Below are positions 30,572 to 38,906 of a stretch of 64,000 nucleotides of DNA, piece by piece. The DNA is from an uncultured Planctomycetia bacterium (GTDB lineage Bacteria; Omnitrophota; Gorgyraeia; VGKH01; JBHPFN01): assembly GCA_964406665.1 (NCBI GenBank), contig CAYOSQ010000002.1, positions 182,219-246,218 of the forward strand, read 5' to 3'. The notes beneath the pieces were generated by a model. The model made no database searches. It was not told the origin of the DNA and worked only from the letters and a program-made list of their open reading frames with translations. The stretch's first letter is position 1. The number at the start of each line of letters is the position of its first letter. Made by a program: the position numbers and the translations under genes.

Positions 30572-31102
30572 TTAATTTCTCAAGTTTACATCAAAAATAT
30601 TAGATACCGTTATAGTAAGACCTTTAAAAGTATTCTTTTCAGCTACTAAACTAACTTCAACCATTTCAGGAGTAGTAGACTCTCTAATAAATTCAATAGA
30701 TGCTATGTTGTGAGCAATCACAGTAATATCTGTACCACCTTCTGTCCGTTGTAATTCTGTCCCTGCTAGAGCATACTGTATCGAATCTGGAGCCCAAGAG
30801 ATATTTCCCCCAGCCATTCCGTTACAAACATTAAAAATAGCTGAAGTGTCTACTTCTCCATCTGCTTCTACAGAGATTTGAGAAGCGCCTGACTGACGCA
30901 ATTCATCAGATATATGAGTTATAGCTTTTCTGATTTCCTGCTGCAATTCAGTTTGACCACTGTTTATCTGCCAAGAGTCATTACCTACAGTCAAAACGGC
31001 TAAAAAGATAGAACTAACAAGTAGCAATATAAAAGTTGTAACCAGTGTTTCTACAAGAGTAAAACCTCTGAAATTTAATTTTGAGCTGAACAATCTTTTC
31101 AT
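30572..31102 (-). CDS. Prepilin-type N-terminal cleavage/methylation-domain protein (PilW/pseudopilin-like).
   Basis: RGFTLVETLVTTFILLLVS class-III signal (G|FTLVE). Confidence 0.75.
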   Translation of the reverse strand: MKRLFSSKLNFRGFTLVETLVTTFILLLVSSIFLAVLTVGNDSWQINSGQTELQQEIRKAITHISDELRQSGASQISVEADGEVDTSAIFNVCNGMAGGNISWAPDSIQYALAGTELQRTEGGTDITVIAHNIASIEFIRESTTPEMVEVSLVAEKNTFKGLTITVSNIFDVNLRN

Positions 31103-31104
31103 AA

Positions 31105-31449
31105 TTATTCTCTTCTTGCTATATTTGTAATTAAAGTCGCCAAAGAATCAAGTATGCCGTCACCGTCATCAGGTTCTCCCGCGTCAAGCTCACCATTTAA
31201 ATTAAGATCTGCCCCAACTATGCGCCCGCTTTTGGTTCTCCAGCATATAACAATAGTAATTTCAAACAAATCTGGGTTTGAATCATTAATATAAATTGAC
31301 CCTATACCAGTAGGTTGGGTAGTTTCAAAGGTATTTCCTGGTGTCCCACCTGAAATATAATCAGTTGTAATGAGATCATAATTAGAGTTTCTAATCTCAT
31401 CAAGCTTCGACTGTGCTTCGCTAATAGCAAATGTAGTATCGCGAGACAA
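31105..31449 (-). pseudogene. C-terminal portion of a PilV-like minor pilin. It lacks its own signal or TM segment, and its frame continues upstream to 31485, overlapping the next ORF. Probable frameshift.
   Basis: No SD or ATG start (the track uses TTG). The upstream in-frame extension is KIFVDCSSLTE. The C-terminal ...TIVICWRTKSGRI pattern is pseudopilin-like. Confidence 0.45.
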
Positions 31450-31454
31450 TTCTG

Positions 31455-31628
31455 TTAACGATGAACAATCAACGAAGATTTTTCAACCACACCTGCAACA
31501 ATAATATTTTCATCACTATTTACTACGCCACCGATCCACCTTTGGACTAAAATAACTGAAATAATGATTATTATTAAAACAAAAATAAACTTTGCACCGG
31601 AAATTGAGATTTTGTTATCTTCTGTCAT
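31455..31628 (-). CDS. 57-aa ORF with a TM helix (MTEDNKISISGAKFIFVLIIIIISVILVQRW...). It is translationally coupled (ATGA) to the upstream gene and is probably the N-terminal part of the frameshifted pilin-like gene.
   Basis: My translation. Its stop lies inside the extended frame of the ORF at 31105-31449. An A5 run (gaaaaatc) sits at the junction. Confidence 0.4.
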   Translation of the reverse strand: MTEDNKISISGAKFIFVLIIIIISVILVQRWIGGVVNSDENIIVAGVVEKSSLIVHR

Positions 31629-32014
31629 TTCTGCATCTTTATTTTTTTAGCTTTCTTTTGCATTTGTTCTTTCTTATTATACTTCATTTTCTTCTTTTTT
31701 TCTTCTGAATTTTGATTAATTTCATGGGCCTCTTTTTTTGATTTTTTCTTAAGTTTTTTCGCAGCTCTTTTTGCTTTACGCTCAGCCTTGATCTTCTTTT
31801 TTTCTTCTTTGGACTTTCCCACAGTTGCAAACCAATCTGACACCCTATGAAATACTGCTTGGTCACTTGCATGCTCATATGCCTTGCTGCTTGCACCTTT
31901 TGTACCCTCATCAGCTGCAAAGGCAATTACTGGAGACAAAACTAAAATTAAACATAAAATTAAACCAAAAGACTTTCTCATTCTATCCTCCTTTTTACTT
32001 CTGCCACCTGACAA
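31625..32014 (-). CDS. Secreted lysine-rich protein (signal peptide followed by a K-rich low-complexity tail).
   Basis: MRKSFGLILCLILVLSPVIAFA signal peptide; the C-terminal half is about 50% Lys. The real start is probably the internal MRK. Confidence 0.5.
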   Translation of the reverse strand: MSGGRSKKEDRMRKSFGLILCLILVLSPVIAFAADEGTKGASSKAYEHASDQAVFHRVSDWFATVGKSKEEKKKIKAERKAKRAAKKLKKKSKKEAHEINQNSEEKKKKMKYNKKEQMQKKAKKIKMQK

Positions 32015-32927
32015 CCTTACCTTTTCTTATATAAAAAGTAACCGTATCTTCCTTATCGGCGCTTCTATAATCTTCATATGTGATAATATCACCGTCATCA
32101 TCAATTATGTGTCTTTTGGGCTCGTAAAATCTGAATGTATCAAAAAATTCTTTCTCAGGCATGCCTTTGTAGACTTTCTTAATTACAGCACTAAACTCTT
32201 TGGTTGATTTAAGGCCTACCTGAACCAATCTTAGAGCTAAGCCTATGCCTGCTGCAATTACAACAAAAACTACAACCAAAGTTGTCAAGAAAGACATTGA
32301 GCGCTTCTTTATCCCGAATGTCTTAGCCCACTCTTTCTTCTTTATCTGTTCTTCACTGCAGGGTTCTTTTAAAACACCGGATAGCTCTCCCAGTGTTTTT
32401 CTACATTCAAGATCTTTTAAAAGTTCGCCTTTACATTCACAGCATAAATACAGCATTACCAAATACTTCTTAAACGCCACTTCGGGAATTTTACTGGTAT
32501 CAGGATATCTTTTCCAGGTTAAAAGATCTTTATCGCCTTTTTCAATTTTACATTTATTGCAGATATGTATCTTTCCATAGTTTTTTCCATCGCGGCAGTT
32601 TCTTAGTGCTATAACTGTATCTTCACTTAAGTCCTCTTCGCTGTGACAAAAAATACACAAAGCATCGTCTTTCATTAAATCGTGAGAAAACTCTTCTTTT
32701 AGATCTCTCTGGCCGCTTCTTAATTCTGTAAATAAACGTTCCAGATATTGATCTTTCTCCTTCGCCGGGGGGTTAATCGTAACTATGAATTTAGCCGCCT
32801 CCCACATTATCAGATCTTTGACAGTTTTTACTTCCTCCGGCAAAGAAAAGCTAAGCTCAACCTTCTTTTTCCTTATAGAGCCTTCCTCTTTATGAATGCT
32901 TTGATCCTCTGAAAGATTTTCTTCCAT
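31995..32927 (-). CDS. Cysteine-rich single-pass membrane protein (N-terminal cytoplasmic CxxC...CxxC zinc-ribbon-like region, a TM helix, then a C-terminal domain).
   Basis: CIFCH...CNKC and CCEC...C cysteine pairs; TM helix FLTTLVVVFVVIAAGIGLAL. Confidence 0.5.
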   Translation of the reverse strand: MEENLSEDQSIHKEEGSIRKKKVELSFSLPEEVKTVKDLIMWEAAKFIVTINPPAKEKDQYLERLFTELRSGQRDLKEEFSHDLMKDDALCIFCHSEEDLSEDTVIALRNCRDGKNYGKIHICNKCKIEKGDKDLLTWKRYPDTSKIPEVAFKKYLVMLYLCCECKGELLKDLECRKTLGELSGVLKEPCSEEQIKKKEWAKTFGIKKRSMSFLTTLVVVFVVIAAGIGLALRLVQVGLKSTKEFSAVIKKVYKGMPEKEFFDTFRFYEPKRHIIDDDGDIITYEDYRSADKEDTVTFYIRKGKVVRWQK

Positions 32928-32930
32928 CTT

Positions 32931-33434
32931 CTATTCTGCTCTTTTATAGATTTCTTTTACTGTTCCAGCTACAAAGATCATTGTTTGATCATCTTTGCTT
33001 ACTGAAAAAGTGTAGTCTACAGTAAGCGGTGTGCTTACTCCCGGACAATCAGATTGACTCATAACCATTTTCATTTTATTCCCTTTTACTTCTAAGCTTC
33101 CGGAAGCTGAACATACTGAAGTTGAAGAGGAAAATGAATTCTTGCTCAATGTCATGTTTGACGGAGTTTGGTGCTCAAGTGCACCATTTATATACGTTGC
33201 CTGCCTTATCCAATTACCTAAATATCCAGTTGTTTTTCCCTCAAATTCTTCAGGCTCAACTGAGACAGGTTGTTCATTAACTGCAGCATCTTCGCCTTCC
33301 TGTTTGGCAGAGTTGATAACATCATTAATGTTATCAAAGGGTATTTTCCAGGCATATACCTGAGAAAACAAACCAGAACTGATTATACTCAACGTCAAAG
33401 AAATAATTACTACCAGCAAAGCTTTTTTCATCAT
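32931..33434 (-). CDS. Hypothetical secreted protein.
   Basis: Signal peptide MMKKALLVVIISLTLSIISSGLFSQVYA. Confidence 0.5.
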   Translation of the reverse strand: MMKKALLVVIISLTLSIISSGLFSQVYAWKIPFDNINDVINSAKQEGEDAAVNEQPVSVEPEEFEGKTTGYLGNWIRQATYINGALEHQTPSNMTLSKNSFSSSTSVCSASGSLEVKGNKMKMVMSQSDCPGVSTPLTVDYTFSVSKDDQTMIFVAGTVKEIYKRAE

Positions 33435-33450
33435 AGCTCCTTGTTAAAAT

Positions 33451-33876
33451 TTAGTCTAAACACCACCAATTATCCACAACCAATCTTCTGCTTTCAGGGA
33501 TACACTTAACCCCTTCTTCACAAATCCTCTTAATAATTGTAAACTCCCCTGTAGCTACTATTTCACTATCGCAAGCAAGCTTCTCTTCTTTGGAAAGAAG
33601 AACTATATTGCCGAAATCGCTGTCAAAATCATAGTGCCTCCAAGAGCTCATACCGGAACCCATATCAAGGACAGGCTCGATTATTTCAAACTCTCGCGGC
33701 TCTGTAGCAAAAATACCAACCACCCTTACCCTCTCACCGTTACAGCCTTCAATCTCTGTTGTATCATTACAGAATATTTCTTCTTCAACCATTGGCGTTG
33801 CACTGGTAACTGCGTCTTGTGCTAATATAGGAGTTACTAAAGTCAACATAATCAAAACTACTATTAATCTTTGCAT
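33451..33876 (-). CDS. Hypothetical secreted cysteine-containing protein.
   Basis: Signal peptide MQRLIVVLIMLTLVTPILAQDA; six Cys in the mature part. Confidence 0.5.
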   Translation of the reverse strand: MQRLIVVLIMLTLVTPILAQDAVTSATPMVEEEIFCNDTTEIEGCNGERVRVVGIFATEPREFEIIEPVLDMGSGMSSWRHYDFDSDFGNIVLLSKEEKLACDSEIVATGEFTIIKRICEEGVKCIPESRRLVVDNWWCLD

Positions 33877-33918
33877 CGTAACCTTTCTTTTAAAACCTTT
33901 TTTTATGCAAGTAAATCG

Positions 33919-35409
33919 CTAGCGATATCTTTCTTCTGAAATAAGATTTCTTTTTTCGTCAAATGTTTTTTTATTAACTGCTACACCTTGTTCATATAGA
34001 ATTTCAGAGAGCAACACACCTTCTATGCTATACTCTCTTGCTAATCCGTCTAATATATCGTTTTTGTATGTTTCTTCACCTCTGAGTTTGCCGTTTTCAT
34101 GATAATCTCTAACAGTCCCCTGAAGCTTCCCGTCGGTATAGTTGGCAGCTGTCTCCATTCTTCCATTTTTGTAATAAAGCATAATACCGCCGTGAAGCTT
34201 ACCGTCTTTTCGGCTGAGCCTTGATTTAATTGTTCCATTATCATAGTATTCATAAGCTGCTTCTAGAATAATTTTTCCCTTTACGTCATAATTAACCTGC
34301 TGTGTCGTTTTACCATTCTCATAATACGTCACTCTCATTAAATTTCCACCAATATAGTAATCCCGGGCAGCACCTTCTATCTTATTATCCCTATAAGTCT
34401 TCTCAGATTGAATCTTTCCATCTTTATAATATCTCTTGCTGACTCCGTGAATTTTATAATTAACATAAGGGATTTCGGCTGCAAGTTCTCCGGTATTGTA
34501 GAATTCTTTCTTTATCCCTTCAATCTTTCCTTTAATATATCTAGCCTGAGATCTTAGCCGGCCATTTTTATGATATATTTTACGGGTTCCCTCAATCCTC
34601 CCATTGACAAAAATCTCCTCAATTTCTAGTTCTCCGGTTTTAAAATAATGCTTCCCCGGTCCGTCAGCATTACCATTTTTATAGATTATTTCAGAGGCGA
34701 GCTGTCCATTTACATGATAATATTTGCGCTTGCCGTGCTTTCTTCCGTTAACATAAGGTTGAATAACAGAAATTTGCCCTGTCTTATAATAAGTTTTTTT
34801 CAATCCGTGGCGCCTTCCACTTTTCATAGCGGTAATGGATTCTATTTTTCCGTTTGGCCAGTATTTCTTTTTATAGGTTGTTCTAAATTTATTATTTAAG
34901 GTTATGGCAATAGTTAAAATACTCCCCAAAATGCAGGTCAGCAGAAAGCCTATAACAACTTTTTTTATAGGGATTCTTTTCTTCGCAACCACTTCTGCAT
35001 CAGGTAATACATCCATCTTTTCAGATGCCTTAAACTGATCTCTTACCTTTTTTCTGGTAAAGAAAACAATAAAAACTGTTGCAAAGACCAGAGGCACAAC
35101 GGCTAAATTAAATACAGGAGAAGTACGATATATTCTTCCATGTTTAATTATGGGCATTAATCCGAAAAAAAACCCTGGAAGCGAGCTTAATAATATAGCG
35201 ATTGAAAGCAACAGTGACAGAAACCATCCGATTATATTCAAACGAAATACAAGAATTCCTGAGATAAACACCAGCATTCCAATCAAGCCCACCCTTATAA
35301 ACACAATTCCACCGCTAAAAAGAGCAAAAATGCTGCTAGTAATTGCTAATCCTAGCAGCATTTCAAATATGCTTATTAAGGTTACACCTATTGATCTCTT
35401 CTGAGTCAT
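33919..35409 (-). CDS. Polytopic membrane protein with C-terminal MORN-variant (YwqK-like) repeats.
   Basis: About four N-terminal TM helices, then at least 10 repeats of the form G.....Y..NG.L..E..Y.NG...G (for example KTYYKTGQISVIQPYVNGRKHG). Confidence 0.6.
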   Translation of the reverse strand: MTQKRSIGVTLISIFEMLLGLAITSSIFALFSGGIVFIRVGLIGMLVFISGILVFRLNIIGWFLSLLLSIAILLSSLPGFFFGLMPIIKHGRIYRTSPVFNLAVVPLVFATVFIVFFTRKKVRDQFKASEKMDVLPDAEVVAKKRIPIKKVVIGFLLTCILGSILTIAITLNNKFRTTYKKKYWPNGKIESITAMKSGRRHGLKKTYYKTGQISVIQPYVNGRKHGKRKYYHVNGQLASEIIYKNGNADGPGKHYFKTGELEIEEIFVNGRIEGTRKIYHKNGRLRSQARYIKGKIEGIKKEFYNTGELAAEIPYVNYKIHGVSKRYYKDGKIQSEKTYRDNKIEGAARDYYIGGNLMRVTYYENGKTTQQVNYDVKGKIILEAAYEYYDNGTIKSRLSRKDGKLHGGIMLYYKNGRMETAANYTDGKLQGTVRDYHENGKLRGEETYKNDILDGLAREYSIEGVLLSEILYEQGVAVNKKTFDEKRNLISEERYR

Positions 35410-35427
35410 TTTATTAAAATAAGAACT

Positions 35428-35550
35428 CTACTTCTTCTTTCTTCCCAATAAATAGCCAATACAAGCACCCATTATTGCAATACAGACCAAAACTAAAAGC
35501 TTGCTACATTGAGCATCGCTAAAAAAAGATCCAAGTGGACATGTGTTCAT
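35428..35550 (-). CDS. 40-aa small hydrophobic ORF upstream of the MORN-repeat gene (not in the track).
   Basis: My translation: MNTCPLGSFFSDAQCSKLLVLVCIAIMGACIGYLLGRKKK, with a weak SD (aagggaag). Confidence 0.3.
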   Translation of the reverse strand: MNTCPLGSFFSDAQCSKLLVLVCIAIMGACIGYLLGRKKK

Positions 35551-35794
35551 TTCTTCCCTTTCGTATATGAATATACCCTTTTAGGCGTTTTCGGTTTATG
35601 TTAAATTTAGAATCTCGGGTAACCAATATTCTACTATCCCTAACCCTTACTTGCAAGAGAAAATCGTAAACTATCTTTCAACCCGTTATTTATTAAAAAC
35701 ATTAATTAAATAAAACCGTGTTGACATTTTTAAATATAAATGGTAATTTTTTATAAGAAAGTTAAATTTTGTTTTTGAAGAAAATCATCTAAAA

Positions 35795-36022
35795 ATGTCA
35801 AAAACTAATATAATTCTCATCGCAGTAATTGCCGTTTCACTCTTTGTAATATTCATCCTCTCGAATAATAAAACCCCTGAAGTTTCTATCCCTCAAGGAG
35901 ATATAAAGGAACTACCTCCTCAACTTCGCAACGCTATAAGTGAATTGAACAAAGAAGAATATGAAGGTCTTTCTCAAAAACAGATAGAGGAAAAATTTAA
36001 ACAAAAGGGAATCCGGTTTTGA
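35795..36022 (+). CDS. Small membrane-anchored protein, hypothetical.
   Basis: N-terminal TM helix; overlaps the next gene by 4 nt. Confidence 0.5.
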   Translation: MSKTNIILIAVIAVSLFVIFILSNNKTPEVSIPQGDIKELPPQLRNAISELNKEEYEGLSQKQIEEKFKQKGIRF

Positions 36023-36453
36023 ACCTAAAGAAGAAATCCTTTACTATTATTGAAATAGTTATTGTTATATTAATCTTAGGTATTTTATCTGCCGTTGCCC
36101 TTCCTGGGATGTTTGATCTTACTTCAGATGCTAAAAATGCATCGGATGACTATACAATAGCTGCAATATTTGGTTTGGTAAATAACCTATATATGGAGAG
36201 CGCATTAAACTCCGCCACCTCTTCATATCCCACAATGACTCAAATTGTAAATAATCTTACCCAACCGATTTTCTATAACGGCCTTACTGCCAACGAGTGG
36301 TCTTATATTGAAGTTTTTGGTGGTAATATTATTGTCTTGTATTGCCCGCACGGAATTACTGGGGTAGGTAGGCGCTATTGGGTATATTTCCGCATTGATT
36401 TCCCCCCTTATGGTGCAGGAAGTATCGTAGAATTCGGCTCCGGCCCTCACTAA
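36019..36453 (+). CDS. Type IV pilin / pseudopilin with a prepilin N-terminal cleavage/methylation domain.
   Basis: KKKSFTIIEIVIVILILGILSAVALP (G/S|FTIIE class-III signal). Confidence 0.8.
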   Translation: MNLKKKSFTIIEIVIVILILGILSAVALPGMFDLTSDAKNASDDYTIAAIFGLVNNLYMESALNSATSSYPTMTQIVNNLTQPIFYNGLTANEWSYIEVFGGNIIVLYCPHGITGVGRRYWVYFRIDFPPYGAGSIVEFGSGPH

Positions 36454-36628
36454 TAAATTCGTACTCTCGCTAAAACCTAGTCTATTCTGCCCCGACCGCA
36501 AGCGGTCTGGATTGTTTACGCGAAGCGTAACCCTTTAGGGCTTCGTCCAAACGACTTATCTCCAGTGATTTACCTCACTGTCCATAAGTCGTGGCCACGC
36601 TAAAATTACAGGCGCCTAGAAAATTGGC

Positions 36629-36786
36629 GACGACATAAGTTATGGGGTGCTAAGCACGACGTAACTTATAGGTCGGAAGCCATCCCGCAAAGCGGGACAG
36701 ACGACATAAGTTATTGAGTGCTAAGCACGACGCAACTTATAGGTCGGAAGCCATCCCGCAAAGCGGGACAGACGATATAAGTTATG
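36629..36786 (+). repeat. Tandem direct repeat, unit A, 71 bp, about 2.2 copies.
   Basis: gacgacataagttat[g/t]g[g/a]gtgctaagcacgacg[t/c]aacttataggtcggaagccatcccgcaaagcgggaca is repeated head-to-tail at 36629 and 36700, with a partial third copy at 36771. Confidence 0.85.
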
Positions 36787-36960
36787 GACAGCACCGAAGG
36801 TGCAGGAAGATAAGTGATTATGTGCGCAGCCGCACCGACGCTTTTATCGGTGCAAAACAAGCACATCACTTAACGACAGCACCGAAGGTGCAGGAAGATA
36901 AGCGATTATGTGCGCAGTCGCACCGACGCTTTTATCGGTGCAAAACAAGCACAACATTAG
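36787..36960 (+). repeat. Tandem direct repeat, unit B, 88 bp, 2 copies.
   Basis: gacagcaccgaaggtgcaggaagataag[t/c]gattatgtgcgcag[c/t]cgcaccgacgcttttatcggtgcaaaacaagcaca... starts at 36787 and 36875. Each copy folds into a multi-stem structure. Confidence 0.85.
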
Positions 36961-36975
36961 CATCTCTACTAAAAA

Positions 36976-37020
36976 GGGCAGTCCTATAAATCATATTGGA
37001 CTGCCCCTAAAGCTTTTCTT
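36976..37020 (+). terminator. Rho-independent terminator closing the pilin / repeat-RNA transcript.
   Basis: gggcagtcc-N13-ggactgccc is a 9-bp GC stem followed by ctaaagcttttctt. Confidence 0.75.
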
Positions 37021-37048
37021 AATGCAAAGTACGTACTCGAATTTTCAG

Positions 37049-37156
37049 CTACTTCTTTTTAAGTGCATCTAGTACTTTATACAGCGTCTGCCTCATATCG
37101 TTTAAAAAGTAACAAATAGCAATGATCCCTAAAAGGATTAAAATATCTAATAACAT
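37049..37156 (-). CDS. 35-aa small hydrophobic protein (not in the track) with a strong SD.
   Basis: My translation: MLLDILILLGIIAICYFLNDMRQTLYKVLDALKKK, preceded by aaggaggtgataat-ATG. Confidence 0.5.
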   Translation of the reverse strand: MLLDILILLGIIAICYFLNDMRQTLYKVLDALKKK

Positions 37157-37204
37157 ATTATCACCTCCTTATTTCTTTAAAATTCTTAATAACAAAGCGT
37201 AAAA

Positions 37205-37579
37205 CTATAATAGTTTCTTGATATCTTCTAAAATCGCTCGGGCTGTGGTCTCATCACCCACACCAACACGAATTTCAATCTTCACATTTTTGGAACCTTT
37301 AACAAAAATATCAACAGCAACTTTCTTATCAGTCTGATCAGTACCACGAAGTTGAGTTACTCCACTCTTAGCAACCTTTTCAGTCAAGGCAATCTTTCTA
37401 GTTTCAAATACTTTTTCTGTTGCTGATACAGCCTCTATCATAGAAACATTTTCTTCAGAAATAATCTTTCCTGCTTGCCATAGTGCAGTTCCACCGGCAC
37501 CGGCCAATACTGCAACGCATCCACACAAGGTTATACTCATTATAACCAATAAAAAAGCACTAAACACCCTTCTTGCCAT
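37205..37579 (-). CDS. Hypothetical lipoprotein.
   Basis: Signal peptide plus lipobox ITLCGC. Confidence 0.55.
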   Translation of the reverse strand: MARRVFSAFLLVIMSITLCGCVAVLAGAGGTALWQAGKIISEENVSMIEAVSATEKVFETRKIALTEKVAKSGVTQLRGTDQTDKKVAVDIFVKGSKNVKIEIRVGVGDETTARAILEDIKKLL

Positions 37580-37800
37580 CCTTTTCTCCTTTCAACAGAA
37601 AAGACAACCCTGCTTTTAGAGTTGTCCGGAATTGATTAATTTGGTTTTAGATTTGTCAATAGGTACTGTCCTATCATAGTAAAGACTATTGTAGTATCTT
37701 TTATTGTTTTTTGCAAGCTGATATCCAATTAAATAGAGGATATCTTACCAGCTTATCATGCAGCTGGAGTTCACATCTAATCAACGTAATTATTCCTAAA

Positions 37801-37864
37801 TATAAAAGTACGTACTCAAGTACGTACTTTTATATCTATCGCTACTACGTAGTGACTACGTAGT
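37801..37864. promoter_or_regulatory. Cluster of perfect palindromes: a 34-bp palindrome TATAAAAGTACGTAC-tcaa-GTACGTACTTTTATA, plus two tandem copies of the 10-bp palindrome ACTACGTAGT. Candidate operator sites or a bidirectional terminator.
   Basis: Read directly. The half-site AAAGTACGTACT recurs at 37026-37037, on the other side of the lipoprotein and small-ORF unit. Confidence 0.5.
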
Positions 37865-37918
37865 TATATTATTATCAAAATATTATTAATTAACTATGTA
37901 CCTCCAGATCTTACGGAG

Positions 37919-38353
37919 TTAATCGACCTGATGAGCGGTAAGAAATAAAGCCTTTTCTAGAGCAACGAAGAAATCCTGATAAGTCTCAGCATCTTCAACT
38001 GACTTAATGCCGTATTGAGCATTTGCCCTAACTAATAGTTGTGCCTCTCCCCTAGATCTAACCGTAACAGTCATTTTTACAATGGCATATCCAAGAAACT
38101 TCTGTCCAGTTACAGAACCAATCATTAAATCTGCCTTTTCAATAACAAAATCTAGGTCTTGCATAGTGCTAATAACTGTTTGAACCATCATTTTTTTATC
38201 TACAGTATCAAAAGCTCTCGTTTGCATACTTCTTAACTGAACTTGGCTTTCATCCATCTCAAAAGCTCTACGCGCTGTATTCGCACAACCAAAACACAAT
38301 ACACTAATTACCAATACAATAAATATAGTTCTACAGTTTTTAAATCTTATCAT
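37919..38353 (-). CDS. Hypothetical lipoprotein (paralog of the next gene).
   Basis: Lipobox LCFGC. The C-terminal motif YQDFFVALEKALFLTAHQ matches YQKFFDSLSKAIFLEAHK in the neighbouring gene. Confidence 0.55.
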   Translation of the reverse strand: MIRFKNCRTIFIVLVISVLCFGCANTARRAFEMDESQVQLRSMQTRAFDTVDKKMMVQTVISTMQDLDFVIEKADLMIGSVTGQKFLGYAIVKMTVTVRSRGEAQLLVRANAQYGIKSVEDAETYQDFFVALEKALFLTAHQVD

Positions 38354-38883
38354 ATCTTATGTGCCTCCAGGAATATTGCTTTTGACAAACTATCAAAAAA
38401 TTTCTGATAAATTTCAGGGTCACTAATTGTCTCTACTCTACTAAGAGCCCCCATTTGATTCCATACCAATCTTTGAAAAGTTACCCTAACAACAATTTTA
38501 CTCTTATCGTAACTAAGTTTTCCAATAACAGAAGCTTTAACTTTTTGAGTAGCATCACAAGTAGAAGTTAAATTCGTACCAAACATAATATCCATAAAGA
38601 TAGCACCAGCTATCTGTCCACCATCCGTAGCATCACTACTCTTTGAACCAGCTATGAAACCCAATTCACTTTCACTGTCATCTAATGTAAAACCTAAATC
38701 TTGCAAAACACCAGCAATGGCAATAATTATTTGTTCTTCATCCACAGTTTCATACTGTCTCATTTGAAGAGTGCGTTTCTCCAAAGTTTCTTCAGGAAGT
38801 GCCAAAAAACCTTTTGGTATGCTGGCACAGCCAATTAATGAAGAACAAAAGTATAAAATAATTACCAACCTGAAAAACTTCAA
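38350..38883 (-). CDS. Hypothetical lipoprotein (paralog of the previous gene).
   Basis: Lipobox SLIGC; shared C-terminal motif; ATGA overlap with the downstream paralog. Confidence 0.55.
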   Translation of the reverse strand: MKFFRLVIILYFCSSLIGCASIPKGFLALPEETLEKRTLQMRQYETVDEEQIIIAIAGVLQDLGFTLDDSESELGFIAGSKSSDATDGGQIAGAIFMDIMFGTNLTSTCDATQKVKASVIGKLSYDKSKIVVRVTFQRLVWNQMGALSRVETISDPEIYQKFFDSLSKAIFLEAHKI

Positions 38884-38906
38884 AACAATCTCCTAACTTT
38901 CGATTA

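Larger units (their letters stand above)
36470..36975 (+). ncRNA. GC-rich, hairpin-dense element that is non-coding in every frame. It lies 3' of the pilin gene and ends at an intrinsic terminator. Candidate structured RNA, or a REP-like tandem array.
   Basis: Local GC is far above the AT-rich background. Numerous short perfect stems (gaccg-CAAG-cggtc, gcg-GAAG-cgt, cccgc-AAA-gcggg, gcacc-GAA-ggtgc, gcaccga-N8-tcggtgc). Confidence 0.45.

Noticed and set aside
36470-36975. Possible CRISPR array
   Set aside because: The repeats are long (71 and 88 bp) and directly abutting with no unique spacers between them. There are two different units rather than one, and no cas genes are present. This is a tandem structured repeat, not a CRISPR array.
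36714-36989. 91-aa + strand ORF from the ORF track
   Set aside because: It lies entirely inside the GC-rich tandem repeats. Its sequence is an artefact of the repeated DNA (duplicated peptide segments), with no RBS.
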